Source: Minisyncoccota bacterium (GTDB lineage Bacteria > Patescibacteriota > Minisyncoccia > Phycocordibacterales > UBA6065). From it: a stretch of 64,000 nt of DNA. Of this stretch, positions 17,471 through 27,949 are shown one piece after another. Location of the stretch: contig DASZXC010000003.1 of the NCBI GenBank assembly GCA_035546035.1, positions 479-64,478 on the forward strand. The letters run 5' to 3'. How positions within the stretch are numbered: the stretch's first letter is position 1; every line of letters starts with the position of its first letter. Both the position numbers and the translations under genes were made by a program. The notes below the pieces were generated by a model. That model had not been told where the DNA came from. It made no database searches and saw only the letters and a program-made list of their open reading frames with translations.

Positions 17471-17914
17471 ATGGATACCGCTCTGAATGTCATCCTCTTT
17501 CCGTACCGGCGGGCGATGCGCATATTCCGCCGATCGCAGTTTATCCGCTATATCTTTTCGGGCGGCACGGCCTCGGTTCTCGACGTCGCCCTCGTGTATG
17601 TCCTCGTGACGTATCTCAACGTCTATTATCTGGCCGCGGCGACGTTCGCTATGACGGTTTCATTCATCGCGCGATTCCTCCTCCAGAAATTCGTGGCTTT
17701 CCAGAACGATAACAAAGAAGAGGAGAAGAAGCAGTTCTTCGCGTACAGCATCCTCTATTTCGCGAGCCTTTGGGCGACGAATGCCATGCTCTACGTATTC
17801 GTCGAGAAGCTCCATATGGATGTCACGGTCTCGCAGGTTCTCGCCATACTCATATTCGCCGTCATCAGTTATTTCACCTATAAGTTGCTTATATTCAGGA
17901 AGAAGATCTCATGA
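17471..17914 (+). CDS. GtrA-family membrane protein
   Basis: QFIRYIFSGG.A...D, four TM helices, K.LIF end. Confidence 0.88.
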   Translation: MDTALNVILFPYRRAMRIFRRSQFIRYIFSGGTASVLDVALVYVLVTYLNVYYLAAATFAMTVSFIARFLLQKFVAFQNDNKEEEKKQFFAYSILYFASLWATNAMLYVFVEKLHMDVTVSQVLAILIFAVISYFTYKLLIFRKKIS

Positions 17915-18963
17915 GGCTTCTTTTTATAACTCAAGCCCTCGACCTCGACGATCCGGTGCTTTCGGCGTATCACCGGCTCGTCAACGAAACGGCCAAGAAT
18001 TTCGATTCCGTAGTCGCCGTCTGCCTGAAAAAAGGGCGATGCGAATTGCCGGCGAATGTTACGATCCGCTCTTTGGGCAAAGAAAGGGGCGGCAGCCGAT
18101 TGGCCGCCAAGCTCCGCTACGTCTCTCGTTTCTACAAATATGTATTCGCGGAACGATATGACGCGGTCTTCGTCCACATGAATCAGGAATATATCCTGCT
18201 CGGCGGACCGTTCTGGAAGATGATGGGGAAGCGCATATACATGTGGAGGAACCACCATGCGGGATCGCTCCTCACCGACATCGCTGCTGCTTTCTGCGCG
18301 AAAGTATTCTGTACGTCTCGATTCTCGTACACGGCGAAATATAAAAAGACGGTTCTCATGCCCGTCGGCATAGACACGCAGACGTTCAAACCGGTACCGG
18401 ATACAAGGCGCATTCCCGGCTCGATCCTATTCCTGGCTCGCATGGCGCCGGTAAAGAAGCCTGATCTTTTTATCGAAATCCTTTTGCGCCTTGAAAAGAG
18501 CAACGTGCCGTTCACGGCGTCTCTCTACGGCGACCCTTTGCCGAAGGACGAGATATTCTACAAATTGCTCCAGGAAAAAGTCGCGGCGCTCGGCTTGGGC
18601 GACAAGACGGTGTTCTACCACGGCGTTCCGAACGGCGCGACGCCCGGTATATACAGCGCTCATGATGTTTCGGTGAATCTGTCTTCGTCCGGCATGTATG
18701 ACAAGACGATATTCGAGGCGATGGCGTGCGAGACTCTCGTGGTCGCTACGAATAAGAACCTCGACGGCCTTGTCCCGGCTGAATTCGTCGCGAAAGAGGG
18801 CGATGCGGAAGAAATCGCAGGAAAGATATCGCATCTGCTCGGGCTTTCGGCTCTGGAAAAAGATTCGTACCGCAAAAAGCTGCGCGCGACCGCCGAGGCG
18901 AAGCATTCTTTGGCTATGCTCGGCAAAAGGCTTGCGGAAGAAGTGGTCGAGCGGATAATCTAA
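17911..18963 (+). CDS. Glycosyltransferase family 4
   Basis: GIDT..F, ARMAPVKK, DKTIFEAMAC. Confidence 0.9.
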   Translation: MRLLFITQALDLDDPVLSAYHRLVNETAKNFDSVVAVCLKKGRCELPANVTIRSLGKERGGSRLAAKLRYVSRFYKYVFAERYDAVFVHMNQEYILLGGPFWKMMGKRIYMWRNHHAGSLLTDIAAAFCAKVFCTSRFSYTAKYKKTVLMPVGIDTQTFKPVPDTRRIPGSILFLARMAPVKKPDLFIEILLRLEKSNVPFTASLYGDPLPKDEIFYKLLQEKVAALGLGDKTVFYHGVPNGATPGIYSAHDVSVNLSSSGMYDKTIFEAMACETLVVATNKNLDGLVPAEFVAKEGDAEEIAGKISHLLGLSALEKDSYRKKLRATAEAKHSLAMLGKRLAEEVVERII

Positions 18964-18967
18964 CCAT

Positions 18968-19621
18968 ATGGACGTAAAAGCATTCGAGAACAGGCGCTGG
19001 AGCGGGGAAGACCAGGCGATCCAATTCAGGCACAGGGCGGCGCTCGACCTGGTCCCGCGCGGAACCGTGCTCGACCTCGGCTCGGGCGACGGCCTTTTGC
19101 TGTCGCTTCTGTGGAAAAAGAAGGCGATCACGGGCAAAGGGCTCGATCTTTCGGAAGAAGGCGTCAAAAAGGCGAATGCCAAAGGCCTCGACACCCGCGT
19201 ATACGATTTCGGGCTCAATAAATTGCCGTTCGCAGAGGGGAGCTTTGATACCGTCACGCTCCTCGATATCCTCGAGCATCTCTATGATCCAGGTTCGGTA
19301 TTGAAAGAGGCAGCGCGCGTCGCAAAGAAGAACGTCGTCGTCGGCGTGCCTAATTTCAGCTCGCTTCCGGCGCGACTGCAGGTTCTGCTCGGCCGCATTC
19401 CGGAGAATAACCAGCCGAAGAAGGGCCATGTCTACTGGTTCAACAAAAAAGCGCTCGAAAAGATCGCTGCGGATGCGGGATTGCGATTGGTCGAGCTTCA
19501 CACCAACACTCTTTTTGAAAGGGTTCCCGTCGTAGGGACGATAACGAGGCTCAAGGCGCGCTTCTGGCCGTCGCTCTTCGCGCTGTCGTTCGTGGCGAAG
19601 TTCGAGAAGCGCGGGAACTAA
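18968..19621 (+). CDS. Class I SAM-dependent methyltransferase
   Basis: VLDLGSGDG, LPF...SFD.V...DILEHL, GVPNF. Confidence 0.9.
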   Translation: MDVKAFENRRWSGEDQAIQFRHRAALDLVPRGTVLDLGSGDGLLLSLLWKKKAITGKGLDLSEEGVKKANAKGLDTRVYDFGLNKLPFAEGSFDTVTLLDILEHLYDPGSVLKEAARVAKKNVVVGVPNFSSLPARLQVLLGRIPENNQPKKGHVYWFNKKALEKIAADAGLRLVELHTNTLFERVPVVGTITRLKARFWPSLFALSFVAKFEKRGN

Positions 19622-19624
19622 ATC

Positions 19625-20329
19625 CTAGCGCACGAAGAGAGAGTCTTCGCGGAGGATGCCTCCGTCCTTGCCGTCGTGCCTCTGGTCTATGCCGCCTTTG
19701 TAGGTGAAGCCGAGGGAAGTCAGGAGCTTATATATATCGGCGAAAAGAGCCTGGCCTTCGTAGAACGGGACGAATGACGTCTCTACGATGAGCGCATTCG
19801 CGCTCTTAAGGAACTCCGCGCCGCCGAGGATGACTTTGTCTTCGTAGCCCTGCGTATCCATTTTGACGAGGATGTTCTTCTCGGTGCGGGCTGATCTCAT
19901 TTCAGGGATATCGTCGAGGCGGCGCACGGATATGGCCTCTGTGCTCTCGCCTTTGGTATGAGGATAGAGGTCTTTGTGGAGCTGGGCCATCTTGAGGAGC
20001 GACGAGCTCGCCGAATACGAGCTGCGGTTGATATCGGTCGCGGCGTTCCGGTCGCCGAGCGCGCAGTTGAAGGCTTGGAATCGAGGATCGCCCGCCCGCG
20101 AGGCGACGAGCTCGTCATAACAGTCTTTCAGAGGCTCGAACGAATATATGAACGCATCAGGAAGGACAGAGCGGATCTCTTCCGCGAATTGACCGGTGTT
20201 GGCGCCTATGTCGAGGACCGTCTTGATGCCGCGCTCCTTGAGCCAGATGAGCTGGTTCGGCTTGGGCCTGTATTTATGGAAATCGAGGCCGGCTTTCCAA
20301 AGTATCTTTCGGAGAGGGTTTACTGACAT
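19625..20329 (-). CDS. FkbM-family methyltransferase
   Basis: LDIGANTGQF, SFEP, KMDTQGYE. Confidence 0.92.
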   Translation of the reverse strand: MSVNPLRKILWKAGLDFHKYRPKPNQLIWLKERGIKTVLDIGANTGQFAEEIRSVLPDAFIYSFEPLKDCYDELVASRAGDPRFQAFNCALGDRNAATDINRSSYSASSSLLKMAQLHKDLYPHTKGESTEAISVRRLDDIPEMRSARTEKNILVKMDTQGYEDKVILGGAEFLKSANALIVETSFVPFYEGQALFADIYKLLTSLGFTYKGGIDQRHDGKDGGILREDSLFVR

Positions 20330-21252
20330 ATGCTTCGAACTATACGCGTTGTTTCCTGTTTAATCCAGCGGAGAGGGGAGATCTCCGCTGCGAACCCATA
20401 TTTCCATGAAGGTTCGACTGATGCGATCTCGTCCTGCGCCTTTTGGAGCGCGGCGATATAGGCATCGTAGATCTTCCCGTGATGGACGGTGATCGGATAC
20501 GGACGTACCGTATTTCCGTCGAGATATGCGATAAAGCCGTGGAAGTGATAGCAGACGAGGGCCTCTCCGTCTATGGAGAATCCTTCGCCCCGCTGCCTGA
20601 TGGTATAGCGGTCAATGTTCCACGTGCCGAGATTCACGCCCTTTTCCGGTATCTCTTCTATATTCGAAAATTCCTGCGGCCAGGTCTTCAGGTATGACTG
20701 GTCTCCGTGGCGGCCTTTGTCGTGATAGTTGAAGCACCATTCGATGCACTGACCTTTCCATTTTCGGAGCGCTGCCTTGCTTGTCTCGTCGTCCTTGAAG
20801 ACGATGAAACCCGAATTGAAATAACCGACGAGATCCGCGAGCGGCGCTTTCTTCGGCGTGAATTTATGGGACGTGAGCATGATAGACGCGTTCGGATGCG
20901 CATCGAAGAGGGGAGCGACGGAAGAATAGAAGAGCAGGTCTGAATCGGCGAATATGAGCGATCCCCTCACTTTTCTTTCGAGGAGATAGCTCATGATCGC
21001 CGGCTTGCACGTCCATGCGAATTCCTGCTTTGTCCGGGCGCGCGTCGCTTCCAAGTCTTTGTTCCCGATATCTACGAGCGCCACTGTCTTTATGCCCGGC
21101 TTCCCGAGCTTTTTAAAAAGCCTTTCGGATTCGTCGTCGAGGCACAGGACCCAGAGCCTCGAGCCGGGCATATGCCTTTCTATTGAATCAAAAAGAGCCA
21201 GGCATTTATAGACAAAGTTCTTGTCGGTAAGGGTGCAAAAATCGTAGGTCAT
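20320..21252 (-). CDS. Putative GT-A glycosyltransferase
   Basis: FCTL.D.N, WTCKP, FADSD (DxD), FNSGF, GDQSYL, YHFHG. Confidence 0.8.
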   Translation of the reverse strand: MTYDFCTLTDKNFVYKCLALFDSIERHMPGSRLWVLCLDDESERLFKKLGKPGIKTVALVDIGNKDLEATRARTKQEFAWTCKPAIMSYLLERKVRGSLIFADSDLLFYSSVAPLFDAHPNASIMLTSHKFTPKKAPLADLVGYFNSGFIVFKDDETSKAALRKWKGQCIEWCFNYHDKGRHGDQSYLKTWPQEFSNIEEIPEKGVNLGTWNIDRYTIRQRGEGFSIDGEALVCYHFHGFIAYLDGNTVRPYPITVHHGKIYDAYIAALQKAQDEIASVEPSWKYGFAAEISPLRWIKQETTRIVRSICQ

Positions 21253-22295
21253 GCAGTTTTCGTTATCGCGGTGAATACGCCCTCGGCGAGCTTCTTTGAG
21301 GTCAGGCGCGATTTGTAGAGATCATATCCTGCCGCCGCGAGCCTTTCACACGTATCAGGATTCTCTTTAAGGGCGATGATCTTCGCGACGAGCTCGTCTG
21401 CCGATGCAGGCTCGACGGCGGCGCAGGTCACGTTTTCTTCGAGGACTTCGAATATCGCCTTATTCCTGCCGGTAAGGTAGGGAAGCTTTAAGGCGATGCT
21501 TTCGAAGAGCTTGCACGGCAGGGTGCGATCGAGCCTCGGATGCCGCGCGAGCTGGCCGAGCGATATATGGCATTCGAGCATCCGCCGCCGCAATTCATGC
21601 GCGGGAAGCCTGTCATGGATATGCTCGAGATTTCTCGGAGCGAGCTCTACGAGGAGCGCATTTACTTTCCGATACATAAAGCCGTGCCCTATGACGAGGA
21701 ATCTGATTTCCGAATCCTCGAGCCTTTTCGCCGCCTCTATGACGGTGAGGATGCCTGATTCCGGCAGGAATCGGCCACGGAAGAGCACGGTGAAATCAGG
21801 CCGCTTCTGCACCGATGCATCATAGAAGAAATCCCTTTCGTCTATGCCCGAATACGAGAGGACGCATTTGCTCTTCGGGACCAAGAACAATCGGCTCGCA
21901 TATTCGATCTGCGCATTGCTTTCGAGGAGTATCCGCGAGGAAAGATGGAATGAAATGAAGTCTATCGCATACGATTTGAGCGCTTTCCAGCCCAAGAACC
22001 CGATCTCGCCGCGCGAGACGACGTTCGCTTCCCACTGCGACGACACGGCGTTGAATATGATCGGCAAACGGGTCGAAAGTTTCGCACGGATCGCGAGGAG
22101 AGGAGAGGGGTATCCGACGATGACGACGTCTCCCTGGCGCCATTCGCTTCGGAGGCGCGATATGAGGCGGCTATAGGAAAAGCTCTCCTTCTTTTCGGCT
22201 ATCTCGATGACCTCATGCCCGAGCTCGCGAAAGCCCTGAATGAGGTGAGTATCCTGGGTATAGAGGTTTTCGCTGTTGAGGTAGAGGAGTCTCAT
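21249..22295 (-). CDS. Glycosyltransferase family 4
   Basis: FRGRFLPESG, PCKLFESIA. Confidence 0.88.
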   Translation of the reverse strand: MRLLYLNSENLYTQDTHLIQGFRELGHEVIEIAEKKESFSYSRLISRLRSEWRQGDVVIVGYPSPLLAIRAKLSTRLPIIFNAVSSQWEANVVSRGEIGFLGWKALKSYAIDFISFHLSSRILLESNAQIEYASRLFLVPKSKCVLSYSGIDERDFFYDASVQKRPDFTVLFRGRFLPESGILTVIEAAKRLEDSEIRFLVIGHGFMYRKVNALLVELAPRNLEHIHDRLPAHELRRRMLECHISLGQLARHPRLDRTLPCKLFESIALKLPYLTGRNKAIFEVLEENVTCAAVEPASADELVAKIIALKENPDTCERLAAAGYDLYKSRLTSKKLAEGVFTAITKTA

Positions 22296-22299
22296 CCGT

Positions 22300-22332
22300 G
22301 CCTTTAAATCGCCTTTAAATATAGCATTAAAT
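22300..22332. repeat. Short direct repeats in a divergent promoter region
   Basis: gcctttaaat x2 (22300, 22311) plus gcattaaat (22324). Confidence 0.6.
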
Positions 22333-22358
22333 CTGCTATATTTCCCTTATATTTCAAC

Positions 22359-22979
22359 ATGAAATCCTACTCCATCATTCGCGACGGAGAGTACCGTAAC
22401 CTGCGCGGCATCTCTCTCGACGGGGCGATCCTCGACCTCGGCGGCAATATCGGGTCCGAATATCACAGCCTCATCGGAGGCTCGCACGCGTTTACGACCG
22501 TGAACATAGATCGGTCGCATCCGTGCGACATGATATTCGACATTCAGGAGAAATTCCCGCTCGAGACCGGTTCGTTCGATGCGGTCATTTCTATGAACGT
22601 ATTCGAGCATATCTATGGATTCCATAACGCATTTTCGGAGTCGGCGCGCGTGCTGAAGGCGGGCGGCACGTTCGTATTCGCCGTGCCGTTCATGCACCAC
22701 ATCCACGGCTGTCCTGACGATTACATGCGATACACCAAGTCCACGCTCGAAAAGCTCCTTCTCGAAAACGGATTCAAGCGTATGGACATACGCGAGATCG
22801 GCTACGGCATATGTTCGCTGGTCTACCAATCCGCGTCGGGAGCGTTGCCGCGGATCATAAAACCGGCCTTCAAGGCGGTCGCCGTCGGCATAGACAAGGC
22901 CTTGCTCAAGATCATTCCTCGCTATCGCGCCATGGCGGAAAGGATACCGCTCGGCTATTTCGTGGTGGCCCATAAATAA
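22359..22979 (+). CDS. Class I SAM-dependent methyltransferase (type 11-like)
   Basis: LDLGG, FDAV...NVFEH, PF...HG.P.DY.RYT. Confidence 0.9.
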   Translation: MKSYSIIRDGEYRNLRGISLDGAILDLGGNIGSEYHSLIGGSHAFTTVNIDRSHPCDMIFDIQEKFPLETGSFDAVISMNVFEHIYGFHNAFSESARVLKAGGTFVFAVPFMHHIHGCPDDYMRYTKSTLEKLLLENGFKRMDIREIGYGICSLVYQSASGALPRIIKPAFKAVAVGIDKALLKIIPRYRAMAERIPLGYFVVAHK

Positions 22980-22980
22980 C

Positions 22981-24123
22981 ATGAAGCGCCGACTTTTTCT
23001 CGTATTCCATGGCAGGTTCCCGGGCGAGAAAGCAGCCTCTCTTTTCGCGGCGAAAAGCGCCGAGGCTTTTGCGGATGTCGGTCTCGAGGTGACGGTTCTT
23101 GTTCCAAAAAGGAAGGGTGTCGATAGCCAGACTGCATATGACTATTTCGGCGTGAGGAATGTTTTTTCGATCGTCGAGATACCTGCCACCGAATTGTCGC
23201 CGGTCTTCCGGAAGATATCGTTCTGGATGAGCTACCGCTCGTTCTCAAAGGGTATTGTTGCCTATATAAAAGCTCATGCAGTCTCTGACGACATCGTCTA
23301 TTCGAACGAAACCTTGCCTCTGCTCGCCGCGTCGCGCGTCGCGGGAAATACTTTCTATGAAATGCACGATTTTCCGGAGAGCAAGCTCGCGCTCTTCGGC
23401 CGATTTTTGAAAAAGATGAAATGGGTGCTCGTCCATAACAAATGGAAGATGGAAAAGGTCGAGAGGGCATTCGGCATCTCTGCCGAGCGCATGCTCTATG
23501 AGCCGAATGCGGTAGATATAGGAGCTTTCGATATCTCCGTGTCTAAAGAAGAAGCTCGAAAGAAGCTTGGTTTGCCTCCGGATAAAAAGATCGCCGTGTA
23601 TACAGGGCATCTCTATGGCTGGAAGGGCGTGGATGCGCTCGCGCAGGCAGCAGGCATGCTCGCCGATGATTTTCTTGCCGTATTCGTGGGCGGTACCGAT
23701 GCCGACGTCGCAGCGTTCAAATCGAAATACGGCGACTCGCCGCGGATTCTGATCGCAGGCCACAAAAAGTACGCTGAAATCCCTGTCTGGCAAAAGGCCG
23801 CTGACGTTCTGGCGCTTCCTAATTCGGGTAAAGAAGCGATATCTCTCTACTACACGTCGCCGATGAAGCTGTTCGAATACATGGCGAGCCGGAGGCCGAT
23901 CGTCGCATCCGACATCCCATCCATCCGCGAGATCGTGGACGGATCGTCGGCGTCTCTGGTCCCGCCTGATGATGCAAAAGCCCTCGCGGATGCGATCCGG
24001 ACGCTCGCTTCTGATTCTCAAGGGGGAGAGGCTCTCGCCCAGAGCGCTTTCGCGCGGGTTTCCAGTCATACATGGGAGAAGCGCGCCCGTCGCATCCTTT
24101 CTTTCATAGAAAAAAATGGTTAA
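22981..24123 (+). CDS. Glycosyltransferase family 4
   Basis: PNAVD, YTGHLYGWKG, SPMKLFEYMAS. Confidence 0.93.
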   Translation: MKRRLFLVFHGRFPGEKAASLFAAKSAEAFADVGLEVTVLVPKRKGVDSQTAYDYFGVRNVFSIVEIPATELSPVFRKISFWMSYRSFSKGIVAYIKAHAVSDDIVYSNETLPLLAASRVAGNTFYEMHDFPESKLALFGRFLKKMKWVLVHNKWKMEKVERAFGISAERMLYEPNAVDIGAFDISVSKEEARKKLGLPPDKKIAVYTGHLYGWKGVDALAQAAGMLADDFLAVFVGGTDADVAAFKSKYGDSPRILIAGHKKYAEIPVWQKAADVLALPNSGKEAISLYYTSPMKLFEYMASRRPIVASDIPSIREIVDGSSASLVPPDDAKALADAIRTLASDSQGGEALAQSAFARVSSHTWEKRARRILSFIEKNG

Positions 24124-25519
24124 GGATTTTGTTGCGCGCTATAAAGTCGAGGTCATCATATTCTGCATCGCCCTCGCCGCGAGGCTCGTACTTTTTTCCA
24201 TCGTTTTTGCCCACAATGACGGCAATCTCCTGAATTCGATCCACGGCGACGACGGATATTATGAATTGTCGCAGGGAATCCTGAATGGCCACGGCATGAC
24301 GTGGGATACGCAGCCGCCGTTCGCACCGAATCCTTTGCGCCCGCCGGTCTGGCCGTATCTCATTGCGTTTTTTGCGGGCGTGTTCAAAACATACTGGGCC
24401 GTATTCGCTTTCGAGCTTGTCCTCGGAAGCCTTATCCCAGTCCTCGCATACAGGGTCGCACGTATGCTCTTCGGGCATCGCATAGGGAAGTGGACAGCGA
24501 TCATCATGTGCGTCGAGCCGTACCTCATGTTGTTTTCGATCATCCTCTATACCGAGACGTGCTTCATGTTCTTTTTCCTCCTTTTTCTGATATTCCTCAT
24601 CAGATATATAGAACGGCCGACGATCCGGTCGGCGCTCTACGCGGGTCTGACGCTCGGCCTCGCCACGATGGTGAAGCCGACGGTTCAATATCTGCCGATA
24701 TTGATACCGATCGCGCTCGCGATCATGTGGCGCGAACGTTTGCGCGGTCCACAACAAGGCGGCGAAGGTACGGCTTTAGCGAAGCAATGCGCGATATTCC
24801 TTCTGATGTTCTTGGTCGTCATCGCTCCGTGGCTCGTGCGAAATCACCAAGCGTTCGGCGTCTGGGGCATGAGCGCCCAACCGGAATTCAATCTGTACGT
24901 GTATCTCGCGCCGACGCTGCTCGCCATAGACAACGGCACCGACTTCAAAACGGAATACGCCGCATTTGTTGAAAGAGGCGGCTTCGATCCGAATTCCATA
25001 ACGCTCGCCAATGCGGATATCTATAAATCGAAGGGGCTCGATGTTATCAGAGACCACAAGCTCGCGCTCATGAAATCAGGGCTCATAACGCTCGTCACGT
25101 TCTTTACCCATGACGGCATGCTCACGGTGCTCGGATATTCAGGCATTACGATACCGAACGTCGTTTCGAAGCCGGTCATACAATTAGCTTCTCATCCGAT
25201 CGAGCTTGCATCGGTCATGGCGCGCTATGCGGCAAGCCCTGCTGTGCTCATCATCCTCTTGCGCTTGTTCTGGATCGCCGTGACGATATCGTTCGTATAC
25301 GGCGCATGCAGATATCTCCGCAGGGGAGACAAAGCCGCTGCCGCGATCATGATTCTCATAGTCCTCTATTTCGCCGGTACGACGGCGATCAACGGATTCG
25401 GCGTGAATGCGCGATTCAGGATGCCGGTGGACGCTATCATCCTCGGATTCGCTCTATTTGGACTTTTTTCCATAAAAAGGGATAATACGCGCACTGAAAT
25501 CCCTGCAGCTGCTCGATGA
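24116..25519 (+). CDS. GT-C (ArnT/PMT-like) polytopic glycosyltransferase
   Basis: GDDGYY, RPPVWP, YTET, PWLVRN, RFRMP; many TM helices. Confidence 0.85.
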   Translation: MVKDFVARYKVEVIIFCIALAARLVLFSIVFAHNDGNLLNSIHGDDGYYELSQGILNGHGMTWDTQPPFAPNPLRPPVWPYLIAFFAGVFKTYWAVFAFELVLGSLIPVLAYRVARMLFGHRIGKWTAIIMCVEPYLMLFSIILYTETCFMFFFLLFLIFLIRYIERPTIRSALYAGLTLGLATMVKPTVQYLPILIPIALAIMWRERLRGPQQGGEGTALAKQCAIFLLMFLVVIAPWLVRNHQAFGVWGMSAQPEFNLYVYLAPTLLAIDNGTDFKTEYAAFVERGGFDPNSITLANADIYKSKGLDVIRDHKLALMKSGLITLVTFFTHDGMLTVLGYSGITIPNVVSKPVIQLASHPIELASVMARYAASPAVLIILLRLFWIAVTISFVYGACRYLRRGDKAAAAIMILIVLYFAGTTAINGFGVNARFRMPVDAIILGFALFGLFSIKRDNTRTEIPAAAR

Positions 25520-25526
25520 TCCTGCG

Positions 25527-27092
25527 ATGAAGCTTTCTATCGTAATCCCCGCATATAACGAGGAAAAGACCCTGGAGGAGATCCTTTCCCGGGTCTTTGC
25601 CGTCTCTATTCCCGGATGGACGACCGAGATCGTTGTCGTTGACGACGCTTCGACCGACGGGACGCCGGATATACTCAAAAAGCACGGAAAGAAGCTAAAA
25701 TCGGTCAGACTCGATAAGAATTCAGGCAAGGGCACGGCCGTCCTCCGCGGCCTCTCTGAAGCGACAGGCGACTATATCGTCATACAGGACGCCGACCTTG
25801 AATATCACCCGAAAGATATCCTGTCGCTTGTCGTTGCATTAGATGTAGGTGGCGCGGCCGGCAAGCAGGCCGTATATGGATCGCGTAACCTGTATCATGA
25901 GAAGCGCGAGGGATTCATATTCCAGCGCCTTGGCGTTTGGAGCATCACTAAAATGATCAATGTGCTCTATGACGCGGACCTCACTGACGTCTGGACGTGC
26001 TACAAGCTTTTTCCGGCAGACGCCAAAAAATATTTCGTGCCGGGCCGATTCGAATCCGAGCTCATATTTACCGCCGCGCTCCTCCGTAACGGCTACGATA
26101 TCCGCGAAGTCCCGATATCCCATGCTCCCCGCACGGCTGCGGAAGGCAAAAAGATCCGCTATCGCGACGGATTCCGCGCCATACAGCTTCTCTTCGCCGA
26201 CAGGCTCGGCAATATCCGGAAACCGCAGATCCGCGTGACGGGGGACCACTCCCACATCATCTGCTGTCCGTTCTGCAAGGCGGATCTCCTTAAAACCGAA
26301 AACGGCCTCGTCTGCAAAACCCACGGGCATTTCGTTGTGGATGAATCGCGCCGACCGATCCTTATCGAGAAAGGCGTATATGAGCATAACAGCGACCAGC
26401 ACGAATCGGGCGTGAACTGGCTCAAATCGTTCTTCAAGCAATTCCCGAAGGTCTATTATTCGATCTGGCACATGTTCTGCCCGGTCATGATGCTCGTGAA
26501 TGGCCCGCGCATGGTGCTCGACAGGGTAGAAGAGGGCTCAACGGTCATAGACGTAGGCTCCGGTCCCGAGCGCCTCGGCAAGGAATTCATAAACGTGGAT
26601 ATATTCCCGTTCCCCGAAGTTGACATCGTGTCTGATGCGACGCAATTGCCGTTCAAAAACGATACGATCGATGCCGCCGTGTCCGAATCGCTGTTCGAGC
26701 ACGTGCCGGATGCGCATAAGGTCGCGCGCGAAATGGTCCGCGTCGTGAAGCCTGGGGGCTATGTATACGTTTCCGCTCCGTTCATGCATCCGTACCATGC
26801 GTCGCCCGACGATTTCAATCGCTGGACGATATCGGGCCTGAAGCATATGTTCTCTGACCTCGATATCGTCGAATCGGGCGTGAGGTCGGGGCCGTGGTCA
26901 ACGTTCCTCATGTTCCTCGCGTACTGGCTCGGCGTCATATTCTCGTTCGGCTCGCGCAAAGCCGCGCCGTTCATGGCGCACGTATTCATGCTCGTACTCG
27001 GCCCGCTCAAATATCTCGATTACATATTCATATATATTCCAGGGTCTGATGCGGTAGCGACGCATCTGTATATATTGGGAAGGAAGAAATAA
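25527..27092 (+). CDS. GT2 (DPM-synthase-like) / Trm112-like zinc ribbon / SAM methyltransferase fusion
   Basis: IPAYNE, DDASTDGT, QDADLEY; CCPFCK...LVC; DVGSG, LFEHV, PYHASPDDF.RW. Confidence 0.88.
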   Translation: MKLSIVIPAYNEEKTLEEILSRVFAVSIPGWTTEIVVVDDASTDGTPDILKKHGKKLKSVRLDKNSGKGTAVLRGLSEATGDYIVIQDADLEYHPKDILSLVVALDVGGAAGKQAVYGSRNLYHEKREGFIFQRLGVWSITKMINVLYDADLTDVWTCYKLFPADAKKYFVPGRFESELIFTAALLRNGYDIREVPISHAPRTAAEGKKIRYRDGFRAIQLLFADRLGNIRKPQIRVTGDHSHIICCPFCKADLLKTENGLVCKTHGHFVVDESRRPILIEKGVYEHNSDQHESGVNWLKSFFKQFPKVYYSIWHMFCPVMMLVNGPRMVLDRVEEGSTVIDVGSGPERLGKEFINVDIFPFPEVDIVSDATQLPFKNDTIDAAVSESLFEHVPDAHKVAREMVRVVKPGGYVYVSAPFMHPYHASPDDFNRWTISGLKHMFSDLDIVESGVRSGPWSTFLMFLAYWLGVIFSFGSRKAAPFMAHVFMLVLGPLKYLDYIFIYIPGSDAVATHLYILGRKK

Positions 27093-27117
27093 AAAAACCG
27101 CCGCGCGGCGGTTTTTT
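27091..27117. terminator. Bidirectional terminator
   Basis: aaaaaaccgccgcgcggcggtttttt between convergent genes. Confidence 0.8.
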
Positions 27118-27123
27118 GCATGT

Positions 27124-27912
27124 TTATCTGAATTTTATCGCTGCGGCGTCTTTTGGTGTCGTCCACTCGCCCGATTCAGGGACGAATTTGACCGGAGCGG
27201 CCTTGCAGACGAATACGCATCTAAAATTGAATATATATTTTTCAACGACATCGAATCCGGCGCAGTTGAGGAGGGATTCAAGGCATGAGGGCGTCATGCC
27301 CCAGAACCAATTGGCATAGCCTTCCTGAGGCTCGTAAGGGCCTGTAATAGCCCTCTGCATGCCGATACCGCGCTGCCATACCTTTCGCTGGTTTTCGTTG
27401 AGGAATGGGTAGAATACGGCCGCATTGCTGAGACCCTTCATCTCAGGGATGGAGGCAGTGTTCAGGATAAACGTCTCTTTGGTGATCGCGCGGAGCCTCA
27501 TGAGCATATGGGACGGATCAGGAGTGTGATAGAGCACGCCTGCGCAGAGGACGACGTCGCATGCACCGATCTTTTTTATCGTCTCGGCGGAATTGATGTC
27601 GCCTTGGATGAATTCGACCTTCGAGCCGCGCTTTTTCTTCGCTTCTATGAATTCCTTGCTTTCAGGGTAAACGTCGACGGCGACTGACCGGATCGCGCCT
27701 GCTTCTTCTGCTGCGAACGTATTCGCTCCGTGGACGCCCCAGAGCGCGCCGATGTCTGCGAACGACTTGCCGGAGGCGTATTTTCTGACGAGAGACGCAT
27801 TGTCGAATGCGTCGTTGGTCATGTCTTTGCCGAGGACGATCTTGGACGATTTTCGGATGACTCTTTTCAGGAATCGGTTATTAAGGGCCAGGACGCGGAG
27901 TTTGTAGAGCAT
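27124..27912 (-). CDS. Class I SAM-dependent methyltransferase
   Basis: FADIGA..G, DVVLCAGVLYH. Confidence 0.85.
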   Translation of the reverse strand: MLYKLRVLALNNRFLKRVIRKSSKIVLGKDMTNDAFDNASLVRKYASGKSFADIGALWGVHGANTFAAEEAGAIRSVAVDVYPESKEFIEAKKKRGSKVEFIQGDINSAETIKKIGACDVVLCAGVLYHTPDPSHMLMRLRAITKETFILNTASIPEMKGLSNAAVFYPFLNENQRKVWQRGIGMQRAITGPYEPQEGYANWFWGMTPSCLESLLNCAGFDVVEKYIFNFRCVFVCKAAPVKFVPESGEWTTPKDAAAIKFR

Positions 27913-27949
27913 TGGGGTTATCGCACGTGCTACTCATTATACATAGTCC

